DNA of 64,000 nucleotides, from assembly GCA_030704615.1 (NCBI GenBank), contig CM060732.1, positions 40,548,001-40,612,000 of the forward strand, read 5' to 3'. The position numbers and the translations under genes were made by a program. This document shows, in pieces, positions 37,950 to 49,194 of this stretch. The stretch is from Takakia lepidozioides. Taxonomy: Eukaryota; Plantae; Bryophyta. Below the pieces are notes generated by a model. It made no database searches and was not told the origin of the DNA. It saw only the letters and a program-made list of their open reading frames with translations. Positions within the stretch are counted from its first letter, which is position 1, and every line of letters starts with the position of its first letter.

Positions 37950-39593
37950 TCTCTGAGGAGGGCCCGTAACAACAGTTACCGAAGTTTCAGCCGAGTCACA
38001 GAGGAGCGGCTGCGATGGGGAAACAAGCAGGCCTCACACCCTTGCGAGTGATGTCTATGGCGTCTCCCCAGCATCCCATGAGGTAGAAAAACTGTATAGA
38101 CTCGTAACTCTTTGCAAAGGAATTGGGTCTCCGAACTGTGTGCGGCAGGATTCGTAACTTCCTTGACCCGTGAGAAAGGAAATTATACTCTGACTGGTCG
38201 AAGAAGTTCACTTTCTGATAGTACAGGAGGGTCTGCGATATTGTTTTCCTCCTCTCTCCTATCTGCTACGATTTCCAATTATTTATCTCTCCTCAGCTTA
38301 GTCCCGAATTGTCATCATCTCTTAAGGTGGTGCTGAGTTGGGGAAATAACCACGTTCTCCCTCAGGTAATTGTGGAAGATCTTCCGTAAAGCCACGGAAA
38401 AGGTGCAAGCATTTTGAGGTAACGCCTGAAATAGAGGCACGGTTACCAGACGTGCTGTGGTCTCTGGAGTAGCGCAGGGGAAAATTCTCAGCCTTACTTA
38501 ACCAAATACCAATTGATTGCTCTGTAAAATCTATGTAGGAGGAATCCTCGATGATGTAGGTCCCGTGGAATATCGGCTCTTGCCGGGGTAGTACTGAGGT
38601 TTCTACCCACCAGCAAGTGGAAACTCGGACCAAAGAGAGAATGATAGAAAGGAATGAAGTCATACAACCACAGAAAGCCCAGAGAGCTTCTGGGAGATGT
38701 CATTACAACCAAAGACACCACTTGCAGATCAGGCCTGATTGGTGCTCCAAGACAGAGCGCCCCATGAAATGCAGGTGCCCAGCATTTGTCAATAGGGACT
38801 AAGGCAATCGGAAGTGGCCAAACTTCTCATGTTCAAGCAGCTCTTCCACGCAGGTCAAGCAATGAGCAAAGACCGGCTCTGGCAGTAGTTCTTCTCATAT
38901 CCAATACAGTGGTGTGACAAAAGGTGTGACAACAGGTCTGATAAGGTGGAGGTGGCGGAGTTTGTCAAAGGAAATCTTGGGACTGAAGCTGGCGTGATGA
39001 TTATTTCTGGACTCCGTTGTGGCTCCAGTTGGTTAAATCACGCTTAGTATTGGAAACTAGTTTCTACTGTTGCTATAATAGATTGTTCCGTATTATTCAA
39101 TTGGTGCTTGTAATTTGAAGTACATGTAGCTGTGGTTGAAGACTCAGCTGCTTGCAGGCTGACTGATGGTTTTAACAGAAAAGTTGATGACCTACAGACT
39201 TCAGACAGGTATGCCCAAAGGAGGCCCTTTGAACTGGGGGTTGGTAAAAACCCTCCTTGGTTAAAGCCATGACACAAGGTCGAGCACAATATGGTAATGG
39301 CTCTAGTGATGTTAATGATCGAGCGGCAGCCCGAGAATACAACAGGTATTGTCTTGAGGATGATTCCACTCATGCAGGCATAGGTGATTCAGCTCAAAGT
39401 AGATACTGCAGTAATTTTCAAGCCACGTTGTAGGTAGTAGTGAGCCCGTAGTCATGAAGGATCTTGCTTTAAGGTTTCTAGGAGCTGTCAGATAACTACA
39501 TGGAATTGAGTGTAAAGTTTATCACTAAAAGTTCGGAGTCATGCAGGATGCAGGGTTTAAGCAGGCATATTTTTTGAATCTGGCACTTCCACC

Positions 39594-41759
39594 ATGAGCA
39601 TCAATTTCCAACGAGGACCAGGAGTGGGAATCAACAACAACACTTCTGGCACTTGTGGGGATGTGAAGACCCTATGTAAGGCAGGGCAACTGAAGGAGGC
39701 ATTGCACATTTTAAACAAACAAGGAATATTGGCTGACTTCAGCACTTATACCTGTGTCCTGCAGGAGTGCATCAAAGCTAAAGACCTGGCAGCAGGAAAG
39801 CACGTGCATGCCCATGTTATTGGATGTGGAATCCAGCCGAACACATCTCTACTCAACACACTTGTCAACATGTATGCCAAGTGCGGGAATGTGGTTGATG
39901 CACGGCAAGTATTTGACAAAATGCCTGAACGAGATGTGTTTACATGGACTATAATGATGGCAGGATATGCCAAGCATGGGTGTGGTAGGGACGCTTTTGA
40001 GATCTATGATCAAATGATATGGGAGGGGGTTATGCCCAACAGGGTCACGTACACTTGCATTCTCAATGCCTGTGCCAACCTAGGAGCCCTGGAAAAGGGC
40101 AAAGAGGTCCATGCTGATATCATGACTAGTGGAACTGTGCCTGATATCATTCTGGAAAATGCCCTTGTTGACATGTATGCCAAATGTGGGAGCATGAAGG
40201 ATGCAGAGCAAGTGTTTGAAAATATGGCTAAACGAGATGTGGTCTCATGGAGTGCCATGATTGGAGGATATGCTCATCATGGGTGTGATAGGGAGGCATC
40301 TGAGATCTATGAGCAAATGATACGGGATAGGATTATGCCCGACAAGGTCACATTTGTTTGTGTTCTCAATGTGTGTACTAACCTGGAAAGGGGCAAGAAG
40401 CTCCATGGTGATATCATCAATGCTGGAATGGTGCCTGATATCATTCTGGAGACTGCCCTTGTTGATATGTATGCCAAATGCGGGAGCGTAACGGATGCAC
40501 GTCAAGTGTTTGACAATATGGCTAAACGAAATGTGGTCTCGTGGAATGCCATGATTGCAGGATATGCCCAGAATGGGTGCAGCAAGGAAGCTTTCAAGAT
40601 CTATGAGCAAATGCAAGAGAGAGGGGTGATGCCCAATACAGTCACATTCATCTGTATTCTCAATGTGAGTGCCAGCCTAGGAGCTATTGGAAAGGGCAAA
40701 CAGGTCCATGCTGACATGAGGAGATCAGGAATTGCTCCAGATATCATTCTGGAGACTGCCCTTGCTGACATGTATGCCAAATGTGGGACTGTAACGGATG
40801 CACGGCAAGTTTTTGACAGTATGGTGCAAAGAAATGTTGTCTCATGGAATGCCATGATCACAGGATACGCTCAGCATGGGTGTGGTTGGGAGGCCCTCCA
40901 GCTGTTTGAACAAATGCACCAGGAAGTCTGGAGGCCAAACAGTATCACCTTTGCATCGCTTCTCTCAGCTTGTAGCCATGTGGGCCTGGTGGATGAGGGA
41001 CATCACTACTTTGATTCCATGAGCAGAGATCATGGCATAACTCCCACAGTGGAGCATTTTGGCTGTATGGTGGACCTTCTTGGCCGTTGGGGCCGATTGG
41101 ACGATGCAGAGGAGCTCGTTAACAAAATGCCGATTGAGCCTAGTTCTGGGGTGTGGAGGGCCTTACTTGGTGCCTGCAGAATTCATGGGAATGTGGAGGT
41201 GGCTGAACGTGTGTCAAAATGTATTCTCAAGAGTGATCCACAACACGATGCTGCTTATGTGCTTCTGTCGAATATTTATGGTCTGGCTGGCAGGTGGGAT
41301 GATATAGAAAAAGTCAGAAAAATGATGAAGGACAGAGGTGTGAAAAAGGTGCCTGGTCACAGCTGCATTGAGGTCAATGGCAGTGTGCATACCTTCTTTG
41401 TAGACGACAAAACGCATCCACAGATCGAGGAAATCCATGCTCAGCTGAAGAGGTTGTCTGGGCAGATGAAGGAGGCCGGTTATGTGCCTGACACGCAATT
41501 TGTATTGCATGATGTGGAGGAGGAGCTAAAGGAAGTTTCTCTTTGCCACCACAGTGAGAAGCTGGCGATTGCTTTTGGGCTAATTAGCACACCTCCCGGG
41601 ACACCTATCTGCATCATCAAGAATCTTAGGATCTGTGGTGACTGTCACACTGCCACCAAGTTCATCTCAAAGATAGATGGACGAGCAATTGTTGTACGGG
41701 ATACCAACCGCTTTCACCACTTTCAAGATGGGGTTTGTTCTTGTGGGGATTACTGGTGA
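39594..41759 (+). CDS. PLS-class PPR protein with E1-E2-DYW domain (organellar C-to-U RNA editing factor); probably extended by upstream exons
   Basis: L-S-(P-L-S)x3-P2-L2-S2-E1-E2, PG box PGHSCIEV, HSEKLA, KNLRICGDCH, RFHHFQDGVCSCGDYW. An in-frame AG acceptor lies about 30 bp upstream of the ATG. Confidence 0.96.
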   Translation: MSINFQRGPGVGINNNTSGTCGDVKTLCKAGQLKEALHILNKQGILADFSTYTCVLQECIKAKDLAAGKHVHAHVIGCGIQPNTSLLNTLVNMYAKCGNVVDARQVFDKMPERDVFTWTIMMAGYAKHGCGRDAFEIYDQMIWEGVMPNRVTYTCILNACANLGALEKGKEVHADIMTSGTVPDIILENALVDMYAKCGSMKDAEQVFENMAKRDVVSWSAMIGGYAHHGCDREASEIYEQMIRDRIMPDKVTFVCVLNVCTNLERGKKLHGDIINAGMVPDIILETALVDMYAKCGSVTDARQVFDNMAKRNVVSWNAMIAGYAQNGCSKEAFKIYEQMQERGVMPNTVTFICILNVSASLGAIGKGKQVHADMRRSGIAPDIILETALADMYAKCGTVTDARQVFDSMVQRNVVSWNAMITGYAQHGCGWEALQLFEQMHQEVWRPNSITFASLLSACSHVGLVDEGHHYFDSMSRDHGITPTVEHFGCMVDLLGRWGRLDDAEELVNKMPIEPSSGVWRALLGACRIHGNVEVAERVSKCILKSDPQHDAAYVLLSNIYGLAGRWDDIEKVRKMMKDRGVKKVPGHSCIEVNGSVHTFFVDDKTHPQIEEIHAQLKRLSGQMKEAGYVPDTQFVLHDVEEELKEVSLCHHSEKLAIAFGLISTPPGTPICIIKNLRICGDCHTATKFISKIDGRAIVVRDTNRFHHFQDGVCSCGDYW

Positions 41760-43213
41760 AACAACAAAGAAAGTGCTAAGCTTCCGATGTGGGTCATAAA
41801 GATTGAAGTAAAAAGAAATCTCATATGTCATCGAATATGACAACCAGTGCTGCACTTTTGTGAGCTGCAGAAACCTTTGCATAAGGGGACCACCATTAGA
41901 TTTAAGAACAAGGGATGGGATGTCATTTTTGTGGAATGAGTCGGCAAAGGCCTGAAGAAGGCTGGAGGCTGAGTGAAAGAATATTTGGCTTCTGTCTAAG
42001 CTCACCCTAAGCATCTCCAGCACGGGGCCCATTACCACTCCCTTAGCATTTCCAACAGATGAACACATCACAGGTCCATGGAGAGACCTGCTTCTGGTTG
42101 CATGGATTGAACATTCAAGCACTCTGAAGTAAGATTAACAGAGATGGCCTGGTCGACATAGATATGAGATATGTTGGAATTTTCATCTGTGGAATCAGAC
42201 TACCCTAATAAGAGCTCCAAAAGTAAGCTTTCTCCATAAGCATAACTGGCCCCAAACTTCCCCCCAGCAAGAAACTGCATTCCAGCCCCAACCCCTGATG
42301 CATACCATACAAAAAGGTCATCGTAACAGGCAGTCTCGCCTCTCACCGAGCGGGAGGTGTACTCTTTCCGCGATGACGCACACGTACCTGTCCTTGAAGT
42401 AAGATTCAACAACACAAAACCCACCTTTCCCTTTAAAAACAACCCCACCTACTCGGCGGCTGGAGACTGTTGACCGCATGCTGCAGGGTGTTTCCTGGGA
42501 GGTCAAAACTCAAAACACTCATCTATAAACAAGTTCTTTTCCTATCCTCTGTGACGGTATGGAATGTATAACTTCACTTAAATGCAACATTCTCGGGATT
42601 CTCTCTTTCAAGCCAGGGCTATTATATAGTATAATAGGGCGTCAAATCTCCACAGTTCATTCTTTGTTTGGATGCTACAGAGATTTCCACAACAGAGAGG
42701 CACTGCAGTTCAAGGAGGGTCTGGGATGACCAGTGACAGCAGGCCTCCACTGCAGATAGCGGTGCCAAGTCTCCTCCAGCGCCTATCTGTCGTAAGTTAA
42801 TGGGGCTGCCCATATACCCCTAGCTTCCAGCCTGAGAAGACGCTTGAAAAGACTATTTGACCAATACCACAGCCGCCCTGGTGGGCGTTCCGTGTCCCCA
42901 CTTCGTTATATTTGGGTGGGCCCCTTTCAGCTACAACACTTAAATACATGTCTCAACACCCTGCATACCAGATCTCTCTCTCGACTTCAATCTCACAAGT
43001 GTGCAGCCACACCAAACAATTTGGCGCACACACCGAACTTCAGGTTCTCTTGTCCCAGCTCCTACTTAGATCAACGTGCTAAAGCTCTTCAGTTGCTGAA
43101 AGCCGTAGTCATCGCAATCTTTCAAAGCTGTCTAGTTTCTTATCGCTCGAAAACGGCGAATTGCCTTTGGGGATCCGTTTCGCTTCTTTTCTGCATCCAC
43201 CAACAAGTTGTCA

Positions 43214-46028
43214 ATGGCAAACGGAGCTGAGGTGGTTGGCAATGGCTCCAAGCATCACCCAGAGCTATGTCCTGAAAATTCTCTTTGCATTGGGGCTCAG
43301 CTCTCAGACCCTCTAAACTGGGGGAAGGTTGCCAAAGCTCTGCAATGCAGCCATCTGGAGGAGGTGAAGCAAATGGTGAATACTTTCTATACCGCAAAGG
43401 AGGTTGCCATCGAGGGTGTGAATTTGACGGTAGCTCAAGTGGCAGCAGTAGCGCGTCGTCCTGAAGTCAGAGTAGAACTGGACGCTGCAAGAGCCAAGAA
43501 CAGAGTAGATGAAAGCTCCAACTGGGTCCTTCAGAAGATCATGAATGGTGGAGATATCTACGGGGTCACAACGGGTTTTGGAGCGACGTCTCACCGGCGG
43601 ACCCAGCAGGGGAAGGAGCTCCAGAAAGAGCTTATCAGGTAATGTGCACGGAGTCTCTGCTACCAACTTCAACTTATCCTTGAGAAATGGATTCAAGAGC
43701 ACTCCTGCTCAAGGCTCTCAAATTCGATCATAACAGACAAAAGCATGTAATTCAATGTGTTCTACAAGTAACTGACGGTCCTGGTAAGTGATCCATGGCT
43801 GGATAGACTAATGTCTTGAGAAAAACTACTTATCAGCTGCTGATGTTATGTGTATCACACGTGCACAATTTATGAGTTCAGGTTTCTCAATGCCGGAGTC
43901 ATTGGTGCCAAGGGCGACGGTAACACCCTGCCAGCATGCACCACGCGAGCGGCCATGCTGGTGCGCACCAACACATTGATGCAAGGGTACTCAGGCATTC
44001 GTTGGGAAATTCTGGAAGCCATGCAAAAGCTTCTAAACTCTCATGTCACTCCGAAATTGCCGCTGAGAGGAACTGTCACTGCTTCAGGAGACCTTGTCCC
44101 TCTGTCTTATATTGCTGGTATGTTGGACGGTTGTATTCAGCTCTCTATGCATCCAATGAACTCTTTTTATGCTTCCTGTGATTGTTCTGATGATTAGAAC
44201 ACTATTGAGCAATTGTCGATTCTCAATTGGCAGTGTGCCAACAGTTTTCAGATAGGCAAGTAAAGCTTACAATGCCAGTCCTGTGATTGATGTGATAATG
44301 GTGCACTGAGAGCTTTTGCAACCCATTTTTGTCAAATGCAGGGCTCCTAACTGCCAGGCCCAACTCCAGAGCTGTCACTGAGAACGGAGAGGAGATTTCA
44401 GCTGTACAAGCTCTCAAGCTCGCTGGAGTTGAGAAGCCCTTTGAGCTGCAGCCAAAAGAGGGCCTCGCCCTCGTTAATGGGACGGCAGTGGGGTCAGGCT
44501 TGGCATCAACGGTCTGTTATGATGGAAATGTGTTAGCCCTACTTGCTGAGGTTCTCTCAGCCCTCTTTTGCGAGGTGATGCAAGGAAAGCCAGAGTTTGC
44601 TGATCCATTAACTCACAAGCTGAAGCACCACCCAGGTCAGATGGAGGCAGCAGCCATCATGGAGTGGATTCTCGATGGAAGCTCTTACATGAAGGCAGCT
44701 GCTGCATTGCACGAGACTGACCCGTTGAAGAAACCCAAGCAGGATCGTTATGCGCTGCGTACTTCCCCACAATGGCTGGGTCCGCAGGTACACCTCTTAT
44801 GTGGTTCACAAATATATTTGGTTAAATAAAATGCCAGGGACTCTCAGTAGATTCTCCTCGTGAGAATTTCAGCTGTGTCGCTCACATACGCATGTTTTCC
44901 CCAGGTTTGAATTTTGCTGGGCTGGATGTCCAACTGACAGCTTGATATTGCTTCTAGGTGGAGGCCATTCGCAATGCCACTCATGCCATTGAAAGGGAAA
45001 TCAACTCTGTGAATGACAACCCAATTATTGATGCTGCTGGGGACCGGGCCCTCCACGGCGGCAACTTCCAAGGAACCCCTATTGGAGTGTCTATGGATAA
45101 CATGCGCTTGGCCATAGCCGCAATCGGGAAGCTAATGTTTGCACAATTCTCCGAGCTTGTCAATGACTACTACAACAATGGGTTGCCCTCGAATCTAAGT
45201 GGAGGTCCTAACCCTAGTCTGGACTACGGCATGAAGGGAGGCGAGATAGCAATGGCATCATACCTCTCGGAGCTCAACTACTTGGCCAACCCAGTGACCA
45301 CCCATGTACAAAGTGCTGAGCAACACAACCAGGATGTGAACTCACTGGGATTAGTGTCAGCCAGAAAAACGGAGGAATCCATTGAGATTTTGAAGCTCAT
45401 GAGCTCTACTTTCTTGGTTGGTCTCTGCCAGGCTGTTGACCTCCGACACATTGAGGAGACAATGCAGTCTACAGTCAAGCAAGTTGTTGCCCAGGTTGCC
45501 AAGAAGACACTTGTTACAGACGACAATGGCGCACTTTTGCCATCGCGTTTCTGCGAGAAGGACCTGCTGAGTGTGGTGGATCGCCAGCCTGTTTTCAGCT
45601 ACATCGACGATGTTACGAGTGCAACCTACCCCCTCATGCAGAAGTTGAGGGAAGTGTTGGTGGACCACTCCCTTAAAAACCCCGAGAATGAGAAGTTGGA
45701 ATCTACCTCTGTTTTTCGCAGGATTTCAATATTTGAGGAGGAATTACAAGCGCAGCTGAACACCACGGTGCCTCTGGTCCGGGATGCCTATGATTATAAG
45801 GGGTATTCTCCAGTCCCCAACCGTATTCACGACTGTAGGACATACCCCCTGTACAAGTTTGTTCGTTCAGAGTTGGGCACCCAGCTGCTGTCAGGCATGA
45901 GGAAAGTGTCTCCTGGACAGGAGATCGAGAAGGTGTATAGTGCCTTTTCTGAGGGGAAGCTTGTGGCACCATTGCTCCAATGTGTTGAAGGGTGGACTGG
46001 AACTCCAGGACCATTTGCAGAATGCTAG
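43214..46028 (+). CDS. PAL: Phenylalanine ammonia-lyase; exons 43214-43638, 43882-44117, 44342-44787, 44958-46028
   Basis: [25 protein letters not shown]|FLNAG (Phe, i.e. PAL-type selectivity residue), MIO-forming [59 protein letters not shown]. Confidence 0.97.
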
Positions 46029-46835
46029 AGGCTACGTTGAGATTTATTTGCCTATGCGTAGTATAGCAGAGTAAATCAGTGAAGAATCAGAGTGTGCATA
46101 GTAGTAACCCATTCTTTCACAGAAGTACAAAACAAAATGTATGCTGCTCTCTGGATCCACCCAGACAGACACTACTGTCACTGCCAGTTGTGACAAACTA
46201 GGAAGTAGCACATACTGTGAATAACTTTGGAATATCTTGAATACATTTGTTCACGATTCAAGCCTGCAGGCTACAACATAGGTGTGCCATGCAATGGCAT
46301 TGACTGATTGATCCCAAATTTTTTTGGGGATTTTATATGGATGCCCATGACGGAGGGATTAGGAATTGGATGGCTGAATTGTTTTTCATAATTTTAGGAA
46401 GAGAGATTTTGGCCTACCCAAAGAATCCCCCCAATTTTGTCACTACAAAGGAGCCCACTTGAACACATTTCAGAAAAAACTGAAATTTTCTGAGAATGTG
46501 TGTTATGAGGTATGGAACAACATTCTTGAGACTCTCAAAAAAACAAAAATTAAAACTGTCCAAATATGAGCAAGAAACTACTTTTTTTTGGCACTTATTT
46601 CTCAGTGAAGAGGTTTTTCTGTCCTCCCTCTACACTTTATATCTTCAGATCTAGCTTTTTTATAATCTTGGATTTTGATGAAACTTTTTGGGTAGGTGGG
46701 GAGTAATTCCAACGGTCAGTTTTACAGGGGCACAGAGAAACTCCACATAAAAACGTTTTTGTGGGCCAGGGTCATATTTTCCAAGTAGAGGGTGAAAATG
46801 AGTTTTGGCACTTGAGGGTTAAAGGGAAGATAATA

Positions 46836-47355
46836 GAAATAATGTAAGAACTTAATGCACACTACAACCTCTGACAGGATGGTATGCAGGTTTCTGGCAT
46901 GTCAAATATTCCCCACCCCCTCTTAAGAGGGACATGGAACTGAAGGAGTGTAAACTTCAGTCGGGATTACACGACAAGGTGTGCAACTCCACTTGGGATT
47001 ACACGACAAGGTGTGTAACTCCACTCGGTGTAACTCTTACTTGGTCTCGGAATTTGACTAAGTCCAAAGTTGGCTAAGTATAAAATGGACTAACCACAGG
47101 TACATGAGAAACCGGGGTTACACCAATGGAGGGTTACACCAACCAGGGTTTCACAACAAACCCTGAACCTCATCACCTTGCGATGCTACCACCTTACCAT
47201 CATACTACTCGGATTCTTAAGTATTTAATAGTCAAACCCGAGATAAGAGGGGGTGGGGAGGATTTGACAGTGGCCCCGCCGGAGGAGCCCAAGCTGCCGG
47301 AATCCGGCGAAGGACCGTCAGATCATGGGCGTCCATTAAGTTCTTACATTATTCC
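46836..47355. mobile_element. Non-autonomous TIR element with TA TSD and long bipartite imperfect TIRs
   Basis: TA|GAAATAATGTAAGAACTTAATG ... CATTAAGTTCTTACATTATTCC|TA. Inner inverted pair TGTCAAATATTCCCCACCCCC.TCTTA / TAAGAGGGGGTGGGGAGGATTTGACA. Internal 32-bp tandem duplication near 46963-47026. Confidence 0.82.
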
Positions 47356-49093
47356 TATTGTCTTGCAGTCACTTTCAAAATCAGCAAAGAGTCAAGATAT
47401 GCGGCTTTAAATCAACGTCACATTGAGGGTTGGGGCTTACATTTACATTAAGCTCATGGTGTTCTCTTCATTAATAGAGCTTTGGTCCTTGTCCTGTTTG
47501 CATTGCCCCGGGGACGAAGACCCCTAAGTAGTAAGTAAAGTACTTACTAACAAACACAAGAGTACCTAGTAAGGAGGAAGGCCTTCACACTCGAGTCATT
47601 ACAAACATTGTCACCTGTAAGTAAAAAATAATGTTTTGCAATATATATTACAATTTCAAGGTGAAAGTTTTTACCGGCGAGCCCGACCGGTCAAGCGGTT
47701 TACACAATGGTTATTTCTCAAATCCCTGTGATACACCTTAATCCACAGGGTTTACACATGAATGTCCAGAGTGTACAGTCGAGGATGGGCGAGTCTAGGA
47801 GATTGCTGAGTTCTCTGTGCCACAAAATCTGTCTGGATGTCATTTCTAAGTTTCTGAACGCATGCGCAGACACAGCATTCGCGGATGGCTCGCAAACGAC
47901 TGTGAGCTGAGCGATTGCCTCAATTGGAGACGCCTATGCTACAATTTCCAAGCCCCGAGCTTTCCCTGGCACCTTCGATCGGCCCGAGTTATGCACATTA
48001 CTTCAAGCTTGCCGGCGACTGGAGGATGATTGTAGGTGCGTCATCTAGACAACGATGACACAGAGGGCATAGATAATCCCGGGAATGTATCCAAGGATAG
48101 TCAGTAGCAGACATATCCAGAATTGCACCTGCAATCACACAGCAACATTGCGCCAAGTTAGGCAAAGTCGACCATGAGAGAGCCATTTTCCCCGAGTTCA
48201 TGGTGTTCAGCAAACAGAAACAAATTCTTCACATGAATGATAAAACCGTCTACCGCGAAGTTGGAATCATATCATGGCTCTGCAACACTCACATTTGCTA
48301 AATCCTAAAAGACGTGAGCTTCTTTGTAGCTAGACACGGATTCTAATTTCAGGCTACTTGACCGGATTCGGCTCAAGGTGCAGTTAGAGCCAAGGCCTGC
48401 AAGACTGGAACTTCATTGCTGGTGAGTGTTAGAGCTGCTTACCCCGCAACCAAACTTGAAAAAGACGCCGAGAGGTGGCAGGAGGATGGCCAATATAATG
48501 TCCACAAGGGTATAAGCCACACCCATCTTTCTGGAACTTAAAAGCTGAAATGTGAAATTTCACAAGAGATTCACTACGCCAGTCTTTCAGGAACAGTAAT
48601 CGGAGTAGCAGACAGCAGATTGCAGAAGCGCTGCGGGTACGGCAAGATCGCTGGGGAGCAGAATAAGCACGATGCAGAAGTGTTTGCGACTGAATCTATA
48701 TACCCACACACAGCTGCCCACGTATGCATGGGCCGCGTGGCGCATGCAGGCACAGTGTCCCATGCATGTGTCGTGAGCTCAGAGCTCCACGTGGCGAATG
48801 GAAAGCAGCTGCCTCCTTGCTTCTTTCCACCACTTAGTCATCCGGTAGGGCCAAGCATCTTTTGACTCTGAGTAAATTCTGAGTGGAGTTATAAACCGTG
48901 TTCGCATCTTCTCCATATGTGTAACTTATTACGTGCTACAAAGGTAGAATCACTCGCCACCACAATGTCATCTTTGATCCTGTCCAAGATAATATGTACC
49001 CATTCCTAAATATGCTTCACCAGCACATCCATTTTCAACCCGTAGAACACTGGCAATTTTTTTCTTTGTAATTCAAGGAGCCTCCCTGGCCGC

Positions 49094-49194
49094 AAGGTTC
49101 CCCCGATTTACAGGAAGTACCTTCCGCTTTTGGAAGGGTCCCCCAATTTGCGGGAAGTACCTTCTGCGTGTGGAAGGGTCCCCCGATTTGCGGG
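49094..49194. repeat. 40-bp minisatellite, about 2.5 copies
   Basis: AAGG(T/G)TCCCCC(G/A)ATTT..GGAAGTACCTTC.GC.T.TGG units start at 49094, 49134 and 49174. Confidence 0.8.

Noticed and set aside
39746-41510. Repeated antisense ORFs opposite the PPR gene (likewise opposite DGK, PAL and SCAPER-like)
   Set aside because: Shadow frames of real coding sequence; their repetition simply mirrors the PLS repeats.
41340-41759. U-to-C (DYW:KP) editing factor
   Set aside because: The domain has a PG-type box, HSEKLA and a terminal DYW, i.e. the canonical C-to-U type.
1-46028. Functional cell-wall gene cluster (PMEs + DGK + PAL)
   Set aside because: The enzymes share no pathway and are interleaved with unrelated BRCT and PPR genes. 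Co-location is explained by tandem duplication and chance without co-expression data.
49094-49194. CRISPR-like array
   Set aside because: Units are contiguous with no unique spacers, there are only 2.5 copies, the context is eukaryotic and there are no cas genes.
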